Shown here: positions 1 through 9,315 of the stretch, one piece after another | Layout of the letters: each line of letters starts with the position of its first letter | Position numbering within the stretch: position 1 is the stretch's first letter | The notes under the pieces: model-generated | What the model was told of the DNA's origin: nothing | Databases searched by the model: none | Seen by the model: only the letters and a program-made list of their open reading frames with translations | Position numbers and translations under genes: made by a program | DNA from: Planctomycetota bacterium | GTDB taxonomy: Bacteria > Planctomycetota > PLA2 > JAEUHO01 | Reading direction: 5' to 3' | NCBI GenBank assembly: GCA_965222115.1 | Contig: CBDCTJ010000007.1 | Location: 2,368,001-2,432,000, forward strand | Length of the DNA: 64,000 nucleotides

Positions 1-20
1 TAGGTAGTTGTCTCGTACCC

Positions 21-1808
21 TTGGGCGTGGCCGGCGTGTCAGTCGTTGGCGTCTCATCGGCAGTTGCCGACGAACAGCAGCTTCCGCGCGACAACCCATT
101 GCCACCACCCATTATCCGCAAGTCCGGTTCAAACCATGCAAACAGAGACTGGAGCGGCGCCTCCCCGGGTGTTAACTCCACGGGCGTTACATCTACGGGC
201 GTTACATCTACGGGCGTTACATCTACGGACAATGCCCCCCCGGCCGAGAGGTCGGCTGCAGACGCAGCGTTCAGCAAGCGTGATCGCTCCAACTCAGCGG
301 GAGACTCCGACTCGGAACGTGATGAGCCCGTCACTCAACTTGTGGGCGACACGGTTACGCGTTCGGTGCCCGACGATGCGCTACACCTTACGCTTGAAGA
401 AGTGTTGCGTATGGGCGTTCAGAAGAACCTATCCCTGCAGTCATCGGCGTATGGCGTCCCGATAGCCGACCGTCAATGGATCGCCGCGGATGCAGGCTTT
501 GACATGTTGCTGACGGGAAGTTTCGAAGTCGGTCGCAATGAAACTCCCGCAACATCGGCGTTCTTTGGTACGTCGGTCGTCGAGGAGGACGCCGTTCGTG
601 CACGTGCAGGCCTTTCACGCCGGCTTCGAAGTGGCGGCAGCGTATCGTTGATGTATCGTGCGGATCGGTTGGAGACAAACAACCAGTTCAACTCCATCAA
701 CCCCGCGTGGACCAATGGTCTTACATACGAAGTTACCCAACCCTTACTACGGGGTGCGGGCGTTGTTGCACTCAACGATGTACGGCGCGCGCAGAACAAC
801 ATTCGCGCGGCGAAGGCCATCCATCGTCAACAGTTGGAACGCATCCTGCTGGCGATTGTCGAGACCTATTGGGAATTGGTCTATGCGCAGGAATCCTTGG
901 AAGCACGCGTGCAATCGGAACAAGTCGCGCGCGAGTTGTTGACCGATGCGCAGGCGCGCTTGGATGCAGAACTCGGCACGCCGCTCGATACGGCGGAGGC
1001 GCGGGCCGGCGTCGAGGCCCGTCGTAGCGAACGACTTGCCGCCGAAAACATTCGTGATGGCCTTGCGGATCGGTTGCGCGCACTCATTATGCCGTTTCAG
1101 GGATCGGCAGAGGATACGGTGGTGATCATTCCGCGTGAGCGCGCGTCCGATCGCGCGCCGCAGCTTCCGGCGTCAACGAGCGCCGATCGATTGGTGCGAC
1201 TCGCGTTTTCTGCACGACCGGAGTTGCGTGAGCAACGAGCGGCACTTGCCAATACCGGGCTCGACATTCAGCGCGCGCGCGATGCCATGCGACCGTCCTT
1301 GAATGTGGTGGGACGCGTTGGCACGCAGGGGTTGGACACCACCGTGGGTCCGTCGCTCTCGGATGCCGCGCGCGGTAAGGCCTTGTCGGCGAGCATCGGT
1401 GTTGAGTACTCGATGTACGTTGGCAATCGGGCCGCGCGCGCGAACTGGCACATCTCAACCTGGCGCCGCAGGCAAGTGGAGCTTGGTATCGACGAACTAC
1501 GCAATCAAGTCGTTGTTGAAGTCCGGGGTGCGCTCCGAGAACTTGCCACGGCGCGGGCTCAGCGAAATGCAGCGCAAGCAGAGGTCACAGCCGCGAAAGA
1601 AGGGCTAACTGGCGAGCGCGCCCGGCTTCGCGAAGGGCGTTCCACACCGTTTCGTGTGCTTCAGAAAGAAGATCAGCTTACGGCAGCCCGCACCCGCCTT
1701 GCTCGCGCGGCGACCACGGCACTAACCGCCGAAGCGCGTGTGTGGAAGGCGACCGGTTCCCTCGCGCAGTCATTACGTATCGCGCCGGACGTATTGCCCG
1801 GTTCGTAG
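21..1808 (+). CDS. TolC-family outer membrane efflux protein
   Basis: 595-aa ORF with OEP-type segments (LTLEEVLRMGVQKNLSL, QPLLRG, IVETYWELVYA, RPEL, VRGALREL, GRSTPFRVLQ). The N-terminus is low-complexity and the start is uncertain. Confidence 0.8.
   Translation: MGVAGVSVVGVSSAVADEQQLPRDNPLPPPIIRKSGSNHANRDWSGASPGVNSTGVTSTGVTSTGVTSTDNAPPAERSAADAAFSKRDRSNSAGDSDSERDEPVTQLVGDTVTRSVPDDALHLTLEEVLRMGVQKNLSLQSSAYGVPIADRQWIAADAGFDMLLTGSFEVGRNETPATSAFFGTSVVEEDAVRARAGLSRRLRSGGSVSLMYRADRLETNNQFNSINPAWTNGLTYEVTQPLLRGAGVVALNDVRRAQNNIRAAKAIHRQQLERILLAIVETYWELVYAQESLEARVQSEQVARELLTDAQARLDAELGTPLDTAEARAGVEARRSERLAAENIRDGLADRLRALIMPFQGSAEDTVVIIPRERASDRAPQLPASTSADRLVRLAFSARPELREQRAALANTGLDIQRARDAMRPSLNVVGRVGTQGLDTTVGPSLSDAARGKALSASIGVEYSMYVGNRAARANWHISTWRRRQVELGIDELRNQVVVEVRGALRELATARAQRNAAQAEVTAAKEGLTGERARLREGRSTPFRVLQKEDQLTAARTRLARAATTALTAEARVWKATGSLAQSLRIAPDVLPGS
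165..228 (+). repeat. 15-bp in-frame tandem repeat (TGVTS)
   Basis: ACGGGCGTTACATCT x3 plus one degenerate unit, inside the disordered N-terminus of the TolC ORF. Confidence 0.9.
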
Positions 1809-1971
1809 ACCACCGAAACACCACGACGCACGAACAATCGCGGGAAGCGGGTTCGCTCGCGCCTACGATAGTGCGATGATGAATTCTGGATGCGTCAACG
1901 CACGATCTCCGTCGAGGGGCGATGGCCACCTCCGCGCCAGGCGCTTGTGCGGCGTGGCGATTCGGGGCGCC

Positions 1972-4023
1972 GTGCGGTATCTCATATTGTCCATCGTGCT
2001 GGCACTTGGTGCATGTGGCGACAGCCCATCGGAGCAACCGGCGTTGACCAACCATGACGCTGATCCGCAGCAAGCCCAACCTCCCGTCGCCACGCATGAC
2101 GCGCCACAGGACGCTACGCAACATGGCGTCAAGCGAGCGGTACCCGAACGCAGCGAAACCGAGCTTTCATCCGTCAGCAACGAATCCAAAGTCAGGTACA
2201 ACCTTGAACGAATTTCGCGCGGTCCGGAGAGAACGACGGGGCTGATTATTCCTCATTTGCATAAGCGATCGCTGGCCATGGCACAGACCGACCTGGCCGC
2301 GCTACCTGATGAAACGCTCAAGCAACTCGCGCGTCCCGAGATTCAGGCACGGTTTTTCGGTCCCCATGTTCACGTCTTGGATGGCTGGTTTGCCATGATC
2401 AACGTGATCGCGCAGCTCACGATGGTGCGCCGGGTGCCGCCCGACGTTGTGCGTGCTTGGGCCGAACCCGCATTGACGCCCGCGAGGAAACGCGAGGGGT
2501 CGCTCTTGGTGTTCCGTAGACGAGCGACGGAGTTGATCGTTACGGCGCGAGACCCCTCGTTGGCCGGGCTGTTACTTCGTTTTTTGAAGAATGACCCGGG
2601 GGATCGTCGCATTGGACCGATCGCACTGTCGGCGTTGGTGTCCTATGGATCACCTTGGGCAGAACGCGCCTTGCAGGTTGCATATCGATCGGGTGGTCCG
2701 GTCCTTTGGAAGAACGCCGCCACGTTGATTGCACGAGCGGCGGGTCCAACGCTGGATTACGACACGATGGATCGCCTTGCATGGTGGTCTCATCTCGTCG
2801 AGACGTCGGCACCTCCGTTGACGCGATCCCTACCGCAGTTCAAGGTGTTTTCGTGGGACAACCGTCGTGCGTGGACCGATCCGATGGTGTTGCGTGTGGC
2901 GCAGGAGGGATTCCAAGAACGAAGCGTTCCTACGCATCCTTTGCCACGTTCGAACTCGGGGTGGCAATCACGCCGATTTCATGAGACGGCTTCGGTAGCA
3001 GTGCACGGACTCTTGTTGAGTGGGAAGGAACCTGCCGCACGAACGCGATGCCGATTGGCGCGACACGATCCACCGTTGCCGGTCTACCTCAATTCCGTGG
3101 ATGCCGATCTAACGCTCAAGGGCATCGACGACTTGCTCTACTATCGCGCCTTGCACTGCATGATGGGACAGCCGACTACGGAAAACGGTGAGCGGAGCGA
3201 TCCCGTCGAGCAACTGTTGATGGCCATTGGGCCCGACCGAGAGAAATTCGCCGCCACACCGAAGTTGGTGATTGAGCTTGTTCAGTCCGTACCGAATCCT
3301 TCGACCGATGAGCGCGCCAAGCGCGCACTTTTCAAAGTGATGGAAACATTGCGTCCACTTACCACGTGGGGGCCTTCAGTTCAGGCGGCCTACGATGCCC
3401 TTGAACCCGTCGCGCCGGAGCGCGACGAGCGGCTGAAGCAGATGTTGATTGGGGATGATGCAACCGATCTGTCCAAGCGGTCGGCGCTGCATGCAATTCG
3501 CCGCGACTTGCGCCCCGAGTATGCGTCGATGCTGTTGGCGTTTCACGATCGCCAAGTGCCCGAACAGCAACCGGCGATTCGTCGCATGCTGATTCCACTC
3601 TTTGCCAAGCGCGACGGAATTGAACCCGAGCTATTCGACAGATTTTTGGTTAGGCACATCGGATGGATCAATGCCGCGCCCGCCAAAGAAATGTCACTCA
3701 TGGCGAGCAGTTTGTTGGACTTTGGTGAGTCAGGTATCGCTGCATTCGTCCAGGGACTTCTGGGGCCCCATCGCATGGCATACATCACCGCATGGCCCCA
3801 GCACAAACCGCATCCTGTCGGCCTAAAGCTCGCACGAGCGCTTATGAACCCCATCGATCGCTCTACGCCGCACCAGGAAATCACGTTCGCATTGACATTG
3901 GCGTATCTGACGTTTCCGGCGGAGGCGGCCCCCGTGCTTGTGAGTCTCGGCGAACGACTCGGCGACAAGCACGAGGAGGCTGTCCAGTCCGTCATTCACC
4001 GCATACGTCGCCGCGCGAAGTAG
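1972..4023 (+). CDS. Hypothetical lipoprotein, alpha-helical/HEAT-like
   Basis: The GTG start gives VRYLILSIVLALGAC (lipobox) followed by a long helical body. The ORF is open from 1738. Confidence 0.55.
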   Translation: MRYLILSIVLALGACGDSPSEQPALTNHDADPQQAQPPVATHDAPQDATQHGVKRAVPERSETELSSVSNESKVRYNLERISRGPERTTGLIIPHLHKRSLAMAQTDLAALPDETLKQLARPEIQARFFGPHVHVLDGWFAMINVIAQLTMVRRVPPDVVRAWAEPALTPARKREGSLLVFRRRATELIVTARDPSLAGLLLRFLKNDPGDRRIGPIALSALVSYGSPWAERALQVAYRSGGPVLWKNAATLIARAAGPTLDYDTMDRLAWWSHLVETSAPPLTRSLPQFKVFSWDNRRAWTDPMVLRVAQEGFQERSVPTHPLPRSNSGWQSRRFHETASVAVHGLLLSGKEPAARTRCRLARHDPPLPVYLNSVDADLTLKGIDDLLYYRALHCMMGQPTTENGERSDPVEQLLMAIGPDREKFAATPKLVIELVQSVPNPSTDERAKRALFKVMETLRPLTTWGPSVQAAYDALEPVAPERDERLKQMLIGDDATDLSKRSALHAIRRDLRPEYASMLLAFHDRQVPEQQPAIRRMLIPLFAKRDGIEPELFDRFLVRHIGWINAAPAKEMSLMASSLLDFGESGIAAFVQGLLGPHRMAYITAWPQHKPHPVGLKLARALMNPIDRSTPHQEITFALTLAYLTFPAEAAPVLVSLGERLGDKHEEAVQSVIHRIRRRAK

Positions 4024-4232
4024 CAACGTTTTCATCCTGAGCATCCAGCGCTACTGACACCTTCCCCGTTTCCTTCCCGCTACTGAATCAATGTCCTGGA
4101 CTTGAACCGGAGCATGGCTGCATAGGTCCGTGCTTCGCAGGAGACAAGGAACGGATCCGGAAAACGTTCCAGTTTCAGGTGACCGCGCAATAGACATGGT
4201 GCCCCACCATTCCGTCGGTATGCTCTCTGCCG

Positions 4233-4715
4233 ATGGAGCGCCCCCAATCGACCACCGAAGCCACTTCTGCGTCGAGCGAATCGCGTTACGGCGCGGTTGA
4301 GCGGCGTCAGCAACCCACCAAAATGCTCTCGCGTTGGTCCTTCAAAGGCCGGCGAATCGGTGGGCGACGCGATGGCGAGCGGGACTACATCTATGTGGAT
4401 CGACCGGGGGGGTGGATGGCGTTGGCGTTCACCGCATTGTTGGCCCTTTCCCTCCTCGACGCATGGTTTACGCTCGATCTGATTCGCAGCGGCGCCACCG
4501 AAGCCAATCCTGTCATGCGCGCCGCCCTCACTCTGGGTAATCACGCATTCGTACTCATTAAGACTGTGATAACAATATTCGCGGTGGGTTTTCTTTGTCT
4601 CCATAAGAACTGGCCATTGGGTCGGCTTTGCATGATGTTGGCGCTATATGGATACAGCGTTTTGATTCTCTATCATCTCTACGCCCAGCAATTGGTTTCG
4701 TCTGCGCCTGCGTAA
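4233..4715 (+). CDS. DUF5658-like membrane protein
   Basis: LSLLDAWFT...GATEANPVM...K motif with about 3 TM helices; N-terminal RRxxxRR and YVDR. Confidence 0.6.
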   Translation: MERPQSTTEATSASSESRYGAVERRQQPTKMLSRWSFKGRRIGGRRDGERDYIYVDRPGGWMALAFTALLALSLLDAWFTLDLIRSGATEANPVMRAALTLGNHAFVLIKTVITIFAVGFLCLHKNWPLGRLCMMLALYGYSVLILYHLYAQQLVSSAPA

Positions 4716-4879
4716 CTTCTTCTGTAACTGAATCCTTTTCCCAACCTGTTCCTGTCTCTTCTACGAGAAGGCATGAACACTGACGGTCAACCACCCAGAA
4801 CAAGTTCAGGCGACAGATTCAGTGAGAGATTCGGACACGGGAAATGAGGAACGCACAGAAGACGTAGACGCAAATCACG

Positions 4880-5689
4880 CTATGCAAACGACTGCGATTC
4901 ATCTTCCGCATGTCTCCGGACGAAGAAGATTGCGAGACCCACGAAGAAGATGGGGATGCTTATGAACTGACTCGTGCTCAGGAAGCCGTCAATCACCATG
5001 CCTCGCGCCACGTCATCGCCGCGCCAGACCTCCACAATGGATCGACCGACGGCGTAGAGCATGAGAAATAGACCGGCGACCCGTCCGGGCTTGAGTCCGC
5101 GGCGCATAAAGAGTGAGAGAATGATGAATAGCAGAAGGCCATGCAGGCTGTGATAGAGCTGCGCCGGGTGAAGCTCAACGCCAATGAGATGATTGGGAAC
5201 TTGGGTGTATTCGTGCGGCGGAAACTTCACGGCCCATGGAAGTCCTTCGGCGGGCTTGCCAAAATTTTCGCCGCCTAGAAAGCTCGCGAAGCGACCCACG
5301 AAGATGGCGAGACACGCACCCAAACTCATGATGTCGAGCAGTGCCCACCCGTTCCATTTGGTTCGTCGTGGCAACGTCCACGCGAGATAGAGCAAGCAGG
5401 CAATCAGGCCACCGTAGTAAACCAGCCCGCCCTTCCACACTTCAAAGAGCTGCATGGGATTCTTGGCATGCTCTTCATAGTTGATCAATACATAGAGTAA
5501 CCGTGCGCCAGCGAGGCCGATAAAGAGCAGGATGAAGCACAGGTTCATCACGCGCTCGCCGTCTAACCCAAGCGTCTTGACCGCTCGACGTTGGACATAA
5601 ATCGAGCTCACCAAAAATGCCAACACGATGAATGCGCCAAAGGCATAGATCTTGATCGACTCGCTGATCTCAAAGAGAACCGGATACAC
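4880..5689 (-). CDS. lgt: Prolipoprotein diacylglyceryl transferase
   Basis: MYPVLF start, GARLLYV, WKGGLVYYGG, GRFASFLGGENFG, HPAQLY, RSIVEVWRGD, STSQ. Confidence 0.93.
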   Translation of the reverse strand: MYPVLFEISESIKIYAFGAFIVLAFLVSSIYVQRRAVKTLGLDGERVMNLCFILLFIGLAGARLLYVLINYEEHAKNPMQLFEVWKGGLVYYGGLIACLLYLAWTLPRRTKWNGWALLDIMSLGACLAIFVGRFASFLGGENFGKPAEGLPWAVKFPPHEYTQVPNHLIGVELHPAQLYHSLHGLLLFIILSLFMRRGLKPGRVAGLFLMLYAVGRSIVEVWRGDDVARGMVIDGFLSTSQFISIPIFFVGLAIFFVRRHAEDESQSFA

Positions 5690-5749
5690 GGTCGATCTCC
5701 TTCATTCGCTCGCGGACATGATTCGAAACGTCGCCAGGAGTTATTGGTG

Positions 5750-6130
5750 TTATTCGAGCCCGGCCTCGTAGGCACCCAAGTCCACAAAGTCGCCAGTGGC
5801 ACCCGGATCGTTGGCCTTGATTTTGAATAACCAACCGCTTTCGAAGCAGTCGTTGGTGAGGGGCGTTTGGTCGTCGGCCAAGCCTTCATTGGTCTCAATG
5901 ACCTCGCCGTCGAAGGGTGCGTAGATTTCACCGACGGCTTTCACGCTCTCGACCTCGCATATGGACTCGCCCGCTTCTACGTCCTGACCCACGTCGGGGA
6001 GATCCACAAAAACCAGTTCGCCAAGGTGTTCCACGGCAAAGTCGGTAAGACCGACAGTGGCCACGTCACCTTCGAGTCGAATCCACTCGTGAGTTTTGGT
6101 GTAGAGGACGTCGTCGGGGCGATCGGCCAT
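5750..6130 (-). CDS. gcvH: Glycine cleavage system H protein
   Basis: YTKTHEW, VGLTDFA, lipoyl-Lys motif ESVKA, GWLFKI; AAAGGAG RBS before the ATG at 6130. Confidence 0.95.
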   Translation of the reverse strand: MADRPDDVLYTKTHEWIRLEGDVATVGLTDFAVEHLGELVFVDLPDVGQDVEAGESICEVESVKAVGEIYAPFDGEVIETNEGLADDQTPLTNDCFESGWLFKIKANDPGATGDFVDLGAYEAGLE

Positions 6131-6279
6131 GGCGGCTCCTTTGGTTGATGGCATGCTTTGGGTTTCGCACGGGGGCGAGGGACAGCGACGAGGTCGAAAC
6201 CCCGTCGGATGTGCGGCGCGCATCGTAGCCGCTTCCGAGCCCGCGACCAGTCCCAACTTGCGGGCGATTCGGTGTGGAA

Positions 6280-7374
6280 TTACGCGCGGGGGCGCTTGTA
6301 AAAGGGGGCAGGCACCACCGTCATGGGCTGTCGCTTGCCGCGGTGATCGACATCGAGCGTGGCGCCCACCGGAGCACACCCGGCCTTTACCAAAATGCGC
6401 GCAATGCGTTTGCCCACTGTGGGACTGATGCCGCCGCTCGTGACTTCGCCGATCTCATCATCCCCACGATACACCTTGCACCCATGGCGCGGCACACGAC
6501 CACCCTCTTGTGCCAGAGAGGCCGCTTCTCTCGCGAGACCCTCGGCCTTGCGAGCCTTCAATGCAGGAATGCCGATGGTGTCTTCCAACGATAGGTCCAC
6601 ACCAAAGGCGAGGTCGGCTTCAAGCGGATCGATGGATTCGTTTATCTCCTGCCCATAGAGCGGCATGCCCGCTTCCAGGCGCAGTACGTCTCGCGCGCCC
6701 AACCCAATGGGCTGAAGTCCTTTGTCGCTTCCCGACGAAAGAAGTGCGTCCCAGACGCTGCGCGCATGCTGCTTGTCGAAGAACAATTCAAATCCGTCTT
6801 CGCCCGTATAACCCGTGCGCGCGATGAGCGTGGGTTGATCACAGATGATGGCGTTGGCGAAGCGGTAGTATTTGAGGCGAGATAGATTCACGTTGCAGTG
6901 CGGTTGAAGTACGGCTTCAGAAATCTTGCCTTGCAGGGCAATCATGGCCTGCACATCCGAGACGTTGAGTACATCGGCGTCGGCATTCATGCCCGTGGCC
7001 GCATCACGCACCCAGGCAAAATCCTTGTCGCGCCCGGTTGCGTTGACCACAATATGTACGACATCCGTATCGCGATAAACGAGTACGTCATCAATTGGAT
7101 AGCCGTCTTCATTCAGCAGAAAGCCGTACTTGGCTCGGCCCACGCGCAATCGTTCCAGATTGCCACTAAACACACGCTCAACAACGTCTTCGCGTGCAGG
7201 ACCGCGAACTTCCAGGCGCCCCATATGACACAAGTCAAAGATGCCGCCGGTTTCGCGTGTGCAGGTGGTCTCTTCCAAGATGCCGGTGTACTGGACGGGC
7301 ATGTCCCAGCCGAAGAAGTCGACGAATCGGGCACCCGCGGCTTGGTGGGCGTCAAAGAGGGGTGTGCGGTTCAT
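6280..7374 (-). CDS. gcvT: Glycine cleavage system T protein (aminomethyltransferase)
   Basis: RTPLF, FFGWDMPVQY, FDLCHMG, ARTGYTGEDGFE, GLGARDVLRLEAGMPLYG. Confidence 0.95.
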   Translation of the reverse strand: MNRTPLFDAHQAAGARFVDFFGWDMPVQYTGILEETTCTRETGGIFDLCHMGRLEVRGPAREDVVERVFSGNLERLRVGRAKYGFLLNEDGYPIDDVLVYRDTDVVHIVVNATGRDKDFAWVRDAATGMNADADVLNVSDVQAMIALQGKISEAVLQPHCNVNLSRLKYYRFANAIICDQPTLIARTGYTGEDGFELFFDKQHARSVWDALLSSGSDKGLQPIGLGARDVLRLEAGMPLYGQEINESIDPLEADLAFGVDLSLEDTIGIPALKARKAEGLAREAASLAQEGGRVPRHGCKVYRGDDEIGEVTSGGISPTVGKRIARILVKAGCAPVGATLDVDHRGKRQPMTVVPAPFYKRPRA

Positions 7375-7462
7375 GCCAATCGGGCTCCATCGATCTCTGA
7401 AGTGGAAGCGTGGCACGCGCCGCGCCGAAAGGGAAGCCATCGCGGGGGCGCGTATGAGGTTG

Positions 7463-9223
7463 CTACTTTTCCGACTCCGAACTAGAGCGGGATCGGCCTC
7501 CGGTGGCTTTGGCAAGCGCCGTCATGAACTTCTTGTCGGCTCCCTTTTCTCCGATCAGAACGGTATTGATATGCACCTGCCTGAAACGGTTGAGCGCTGG
7601 GAACTCTTGAAGGATGCGAAAATCGCGGTCGAGGCGCCCGCGACTGGGTCGGCCATCCGAAAGCAGAATGACGGTGTCGACCTCTTCGTGGATCGCAGCC
7701 TCCAGCGGCTCCACAAAGGCACCCCAGCCCACCGCCTCCTGTTTGCGAAGCCAGCCGAGGGCCTTCTTCTTGTTGGCGCCGGAGGCCGGGCGAATCTTGC
7801 CCAGCGCGCGCGTGAGCTTGGCCTTTGGCGGATGGTCACTTGGGTAGCGGTACACAAACACATCGAACGCCACATCCTTGTCGAATGCCTCAAGCGTCTT
7901 GGCAAACTCCTCACGGAGTACATCGAGTTTCGTGCGTGCGTCTCGCTTGCTCGCGGCATCGCGCATGGAGCCGCTCAAGTCAAAGACGAATACGAGTTGC
8001 TTGCTGCGTAACGGCACGTCGAAAAACGACACGCTGCCGCCCATTTTGTTGGATTTGCCACGCTCCCTTGGATCACGAAATGCAATACGACCGTGGCGAT
8101 CGATCTCGGGACGCGCGTCCAACTCGAGTCTGTCCTTCTGCGCGTTCCACCACGCCTGCCACAGGTCGGGATCGTCGCCCAGGGCTTTGCCCGAGATGGT
8201 TTCCAACGCGCGCTGTGCGTCGTCGCTCAATCGTCCGGTTTCTGCGCCCAGTCGCGCAATGAGCAACGGAACGACGTCTGGCTGCCAAACACGCAATGCG
8301 GCAAGTATTGCCGCGGAACGCACGCGCCACGACGTGTCGGAAAGCAACGAAACAAGCACGGGCATGCCTGCGCCCGGCCATGTCAAGCACTCAAGACGGC
8401 AGGGAAACACATCCGCCAAAGCAATGCGCACTTCCTCATGCGGCGACGCCAACGCCTTTGCTACGTCGTTTTTTGAGAGGCCATCACAAAGCTCCAACCC
8501 GCGTACCGCTCCGGCCTGTGCCAAGGGGTGAACGGCGGACTGCAAATGACCTCGCAGGATGGCGGTTACCGTTTCGGGCTCTTCAACTTTGCCCGCCGCA
8601 CGCGCGAGCCAAAAATTGGCGACGCCAGCCTTCTTACCGATTCGATCGGAAAAGCGAGGTGCCTTCGCATCCCACGAACCACTCAGGCGTAGCGCCATAC
8701 GCGCCCACGTTGTGAGTACCGCAGGGTGTTTCTCTTTAGGAAAACGAGCACGCATGGCGTCGAAGAAGTCTCTGCGCCCCGCCAACCCCAGCGCAGTGAC
8801 AAGGCCACACCGCACATGAGGTTCTTTGTGGGCGAGCCCCTTCTTCCACATCCACGTGCGCACATCGCGCGCCCGTGCGGCCTCCCCTTTGCGTTTGCCA
8901 CCTGCCATTCGAATCCATGCGCTCACAACGTGATCATGGATGTGCTCATACGGATCGTCCATGAGTTCCAACAATGCTTTGGCGGCTTCCGGCGTGCCCA
9001 ACTTGGCAATCGCGCGCATGGACTTCAAGCGTTCACGTTGCTTGAAGGGTTCTCGCGCATGGGTCGCGATGTCTTTTAGCAACCGGTCGATTTCATTCGT
9101 ACGTGCGTCCGCGACACGTGGCACGGCCGAAAGGCCATAGACACCGATTGCAAGTAAGAACAGGCACGTACCTAGGCGAAAGCCTCTCGGCGACGTGCTC
9201 GTGCGAATCGTTCGTCGGTCCAT
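7463..9223 (-). CDS. Secreted HEAT-repeat plus VWA domain protein
   Basis: Signal peptide, HEAT-like repeats (WRVRSAA), MIDAS motif VFVFDLSGSM and LLSDGRPS. Confidence 0.8.
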   Translation of the reverse strand: MDRRTIRTSTSPRGFRLGTCLFLLAIGVYGLSAVPRVADARTNEIDRLLKDIATHAREPFKQRERLKSMRAIAKLGTPEAAKALLELMDDPYEHIHDHVVSAWIRMAGGKRKGEAARARDVRTWMWKKGLAHKEPHVRCGLVTALGLAGRRDFFDAMRARFPKEKHPAVLTTWARMALRLSGSWDAKAPRFSDRIGKKAGVANFWLARAAGKVEEPETVTAILRGHLQSAVHPLAQAGAVRGLELCDGLSKNDVAKALASPHEEVRIALADVFPCRLECLTWPGAGMPVLVSLLSDTSWRVRSAAILAALRVWQPDVVPLLIARLGAETGRLSDDAQRALETISGKALGDDPDLWQAWWNAQKDRLELDARPEIDRHGRIAFRDPRERGKSNKMGGSVSFFDVPLRSKQLVFVFDLSGSMRDAASKRDARTKLDVLREEFAKTLEAFDKDVAFDVFVYRYPSDHPPKAKLTRALGKIRPASGANKKKALGWLRKQEAVGWGAFVEPLEAAIHEEVDTVILLSDGRPSRGRLDRDFRILQEFPALNRFRQVHINTVLIGEKGADKKFMTALAKATGGRSRSSSESEK

Positions 9224-9315
9224 GGCCGAATCATACCGGGATGGCTATCGAGTCGGGGTCGTTGGCGCATGGGGATGCATATGGATTGCGTGAGTGGCCT
9301 TGGGGATTGCGAGCG

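Noticed and set aside
7375-7470. Glycine riboswitch upstream of gcvT
   Set aside because: The gap is short and lacks recognisable aptamer motifs
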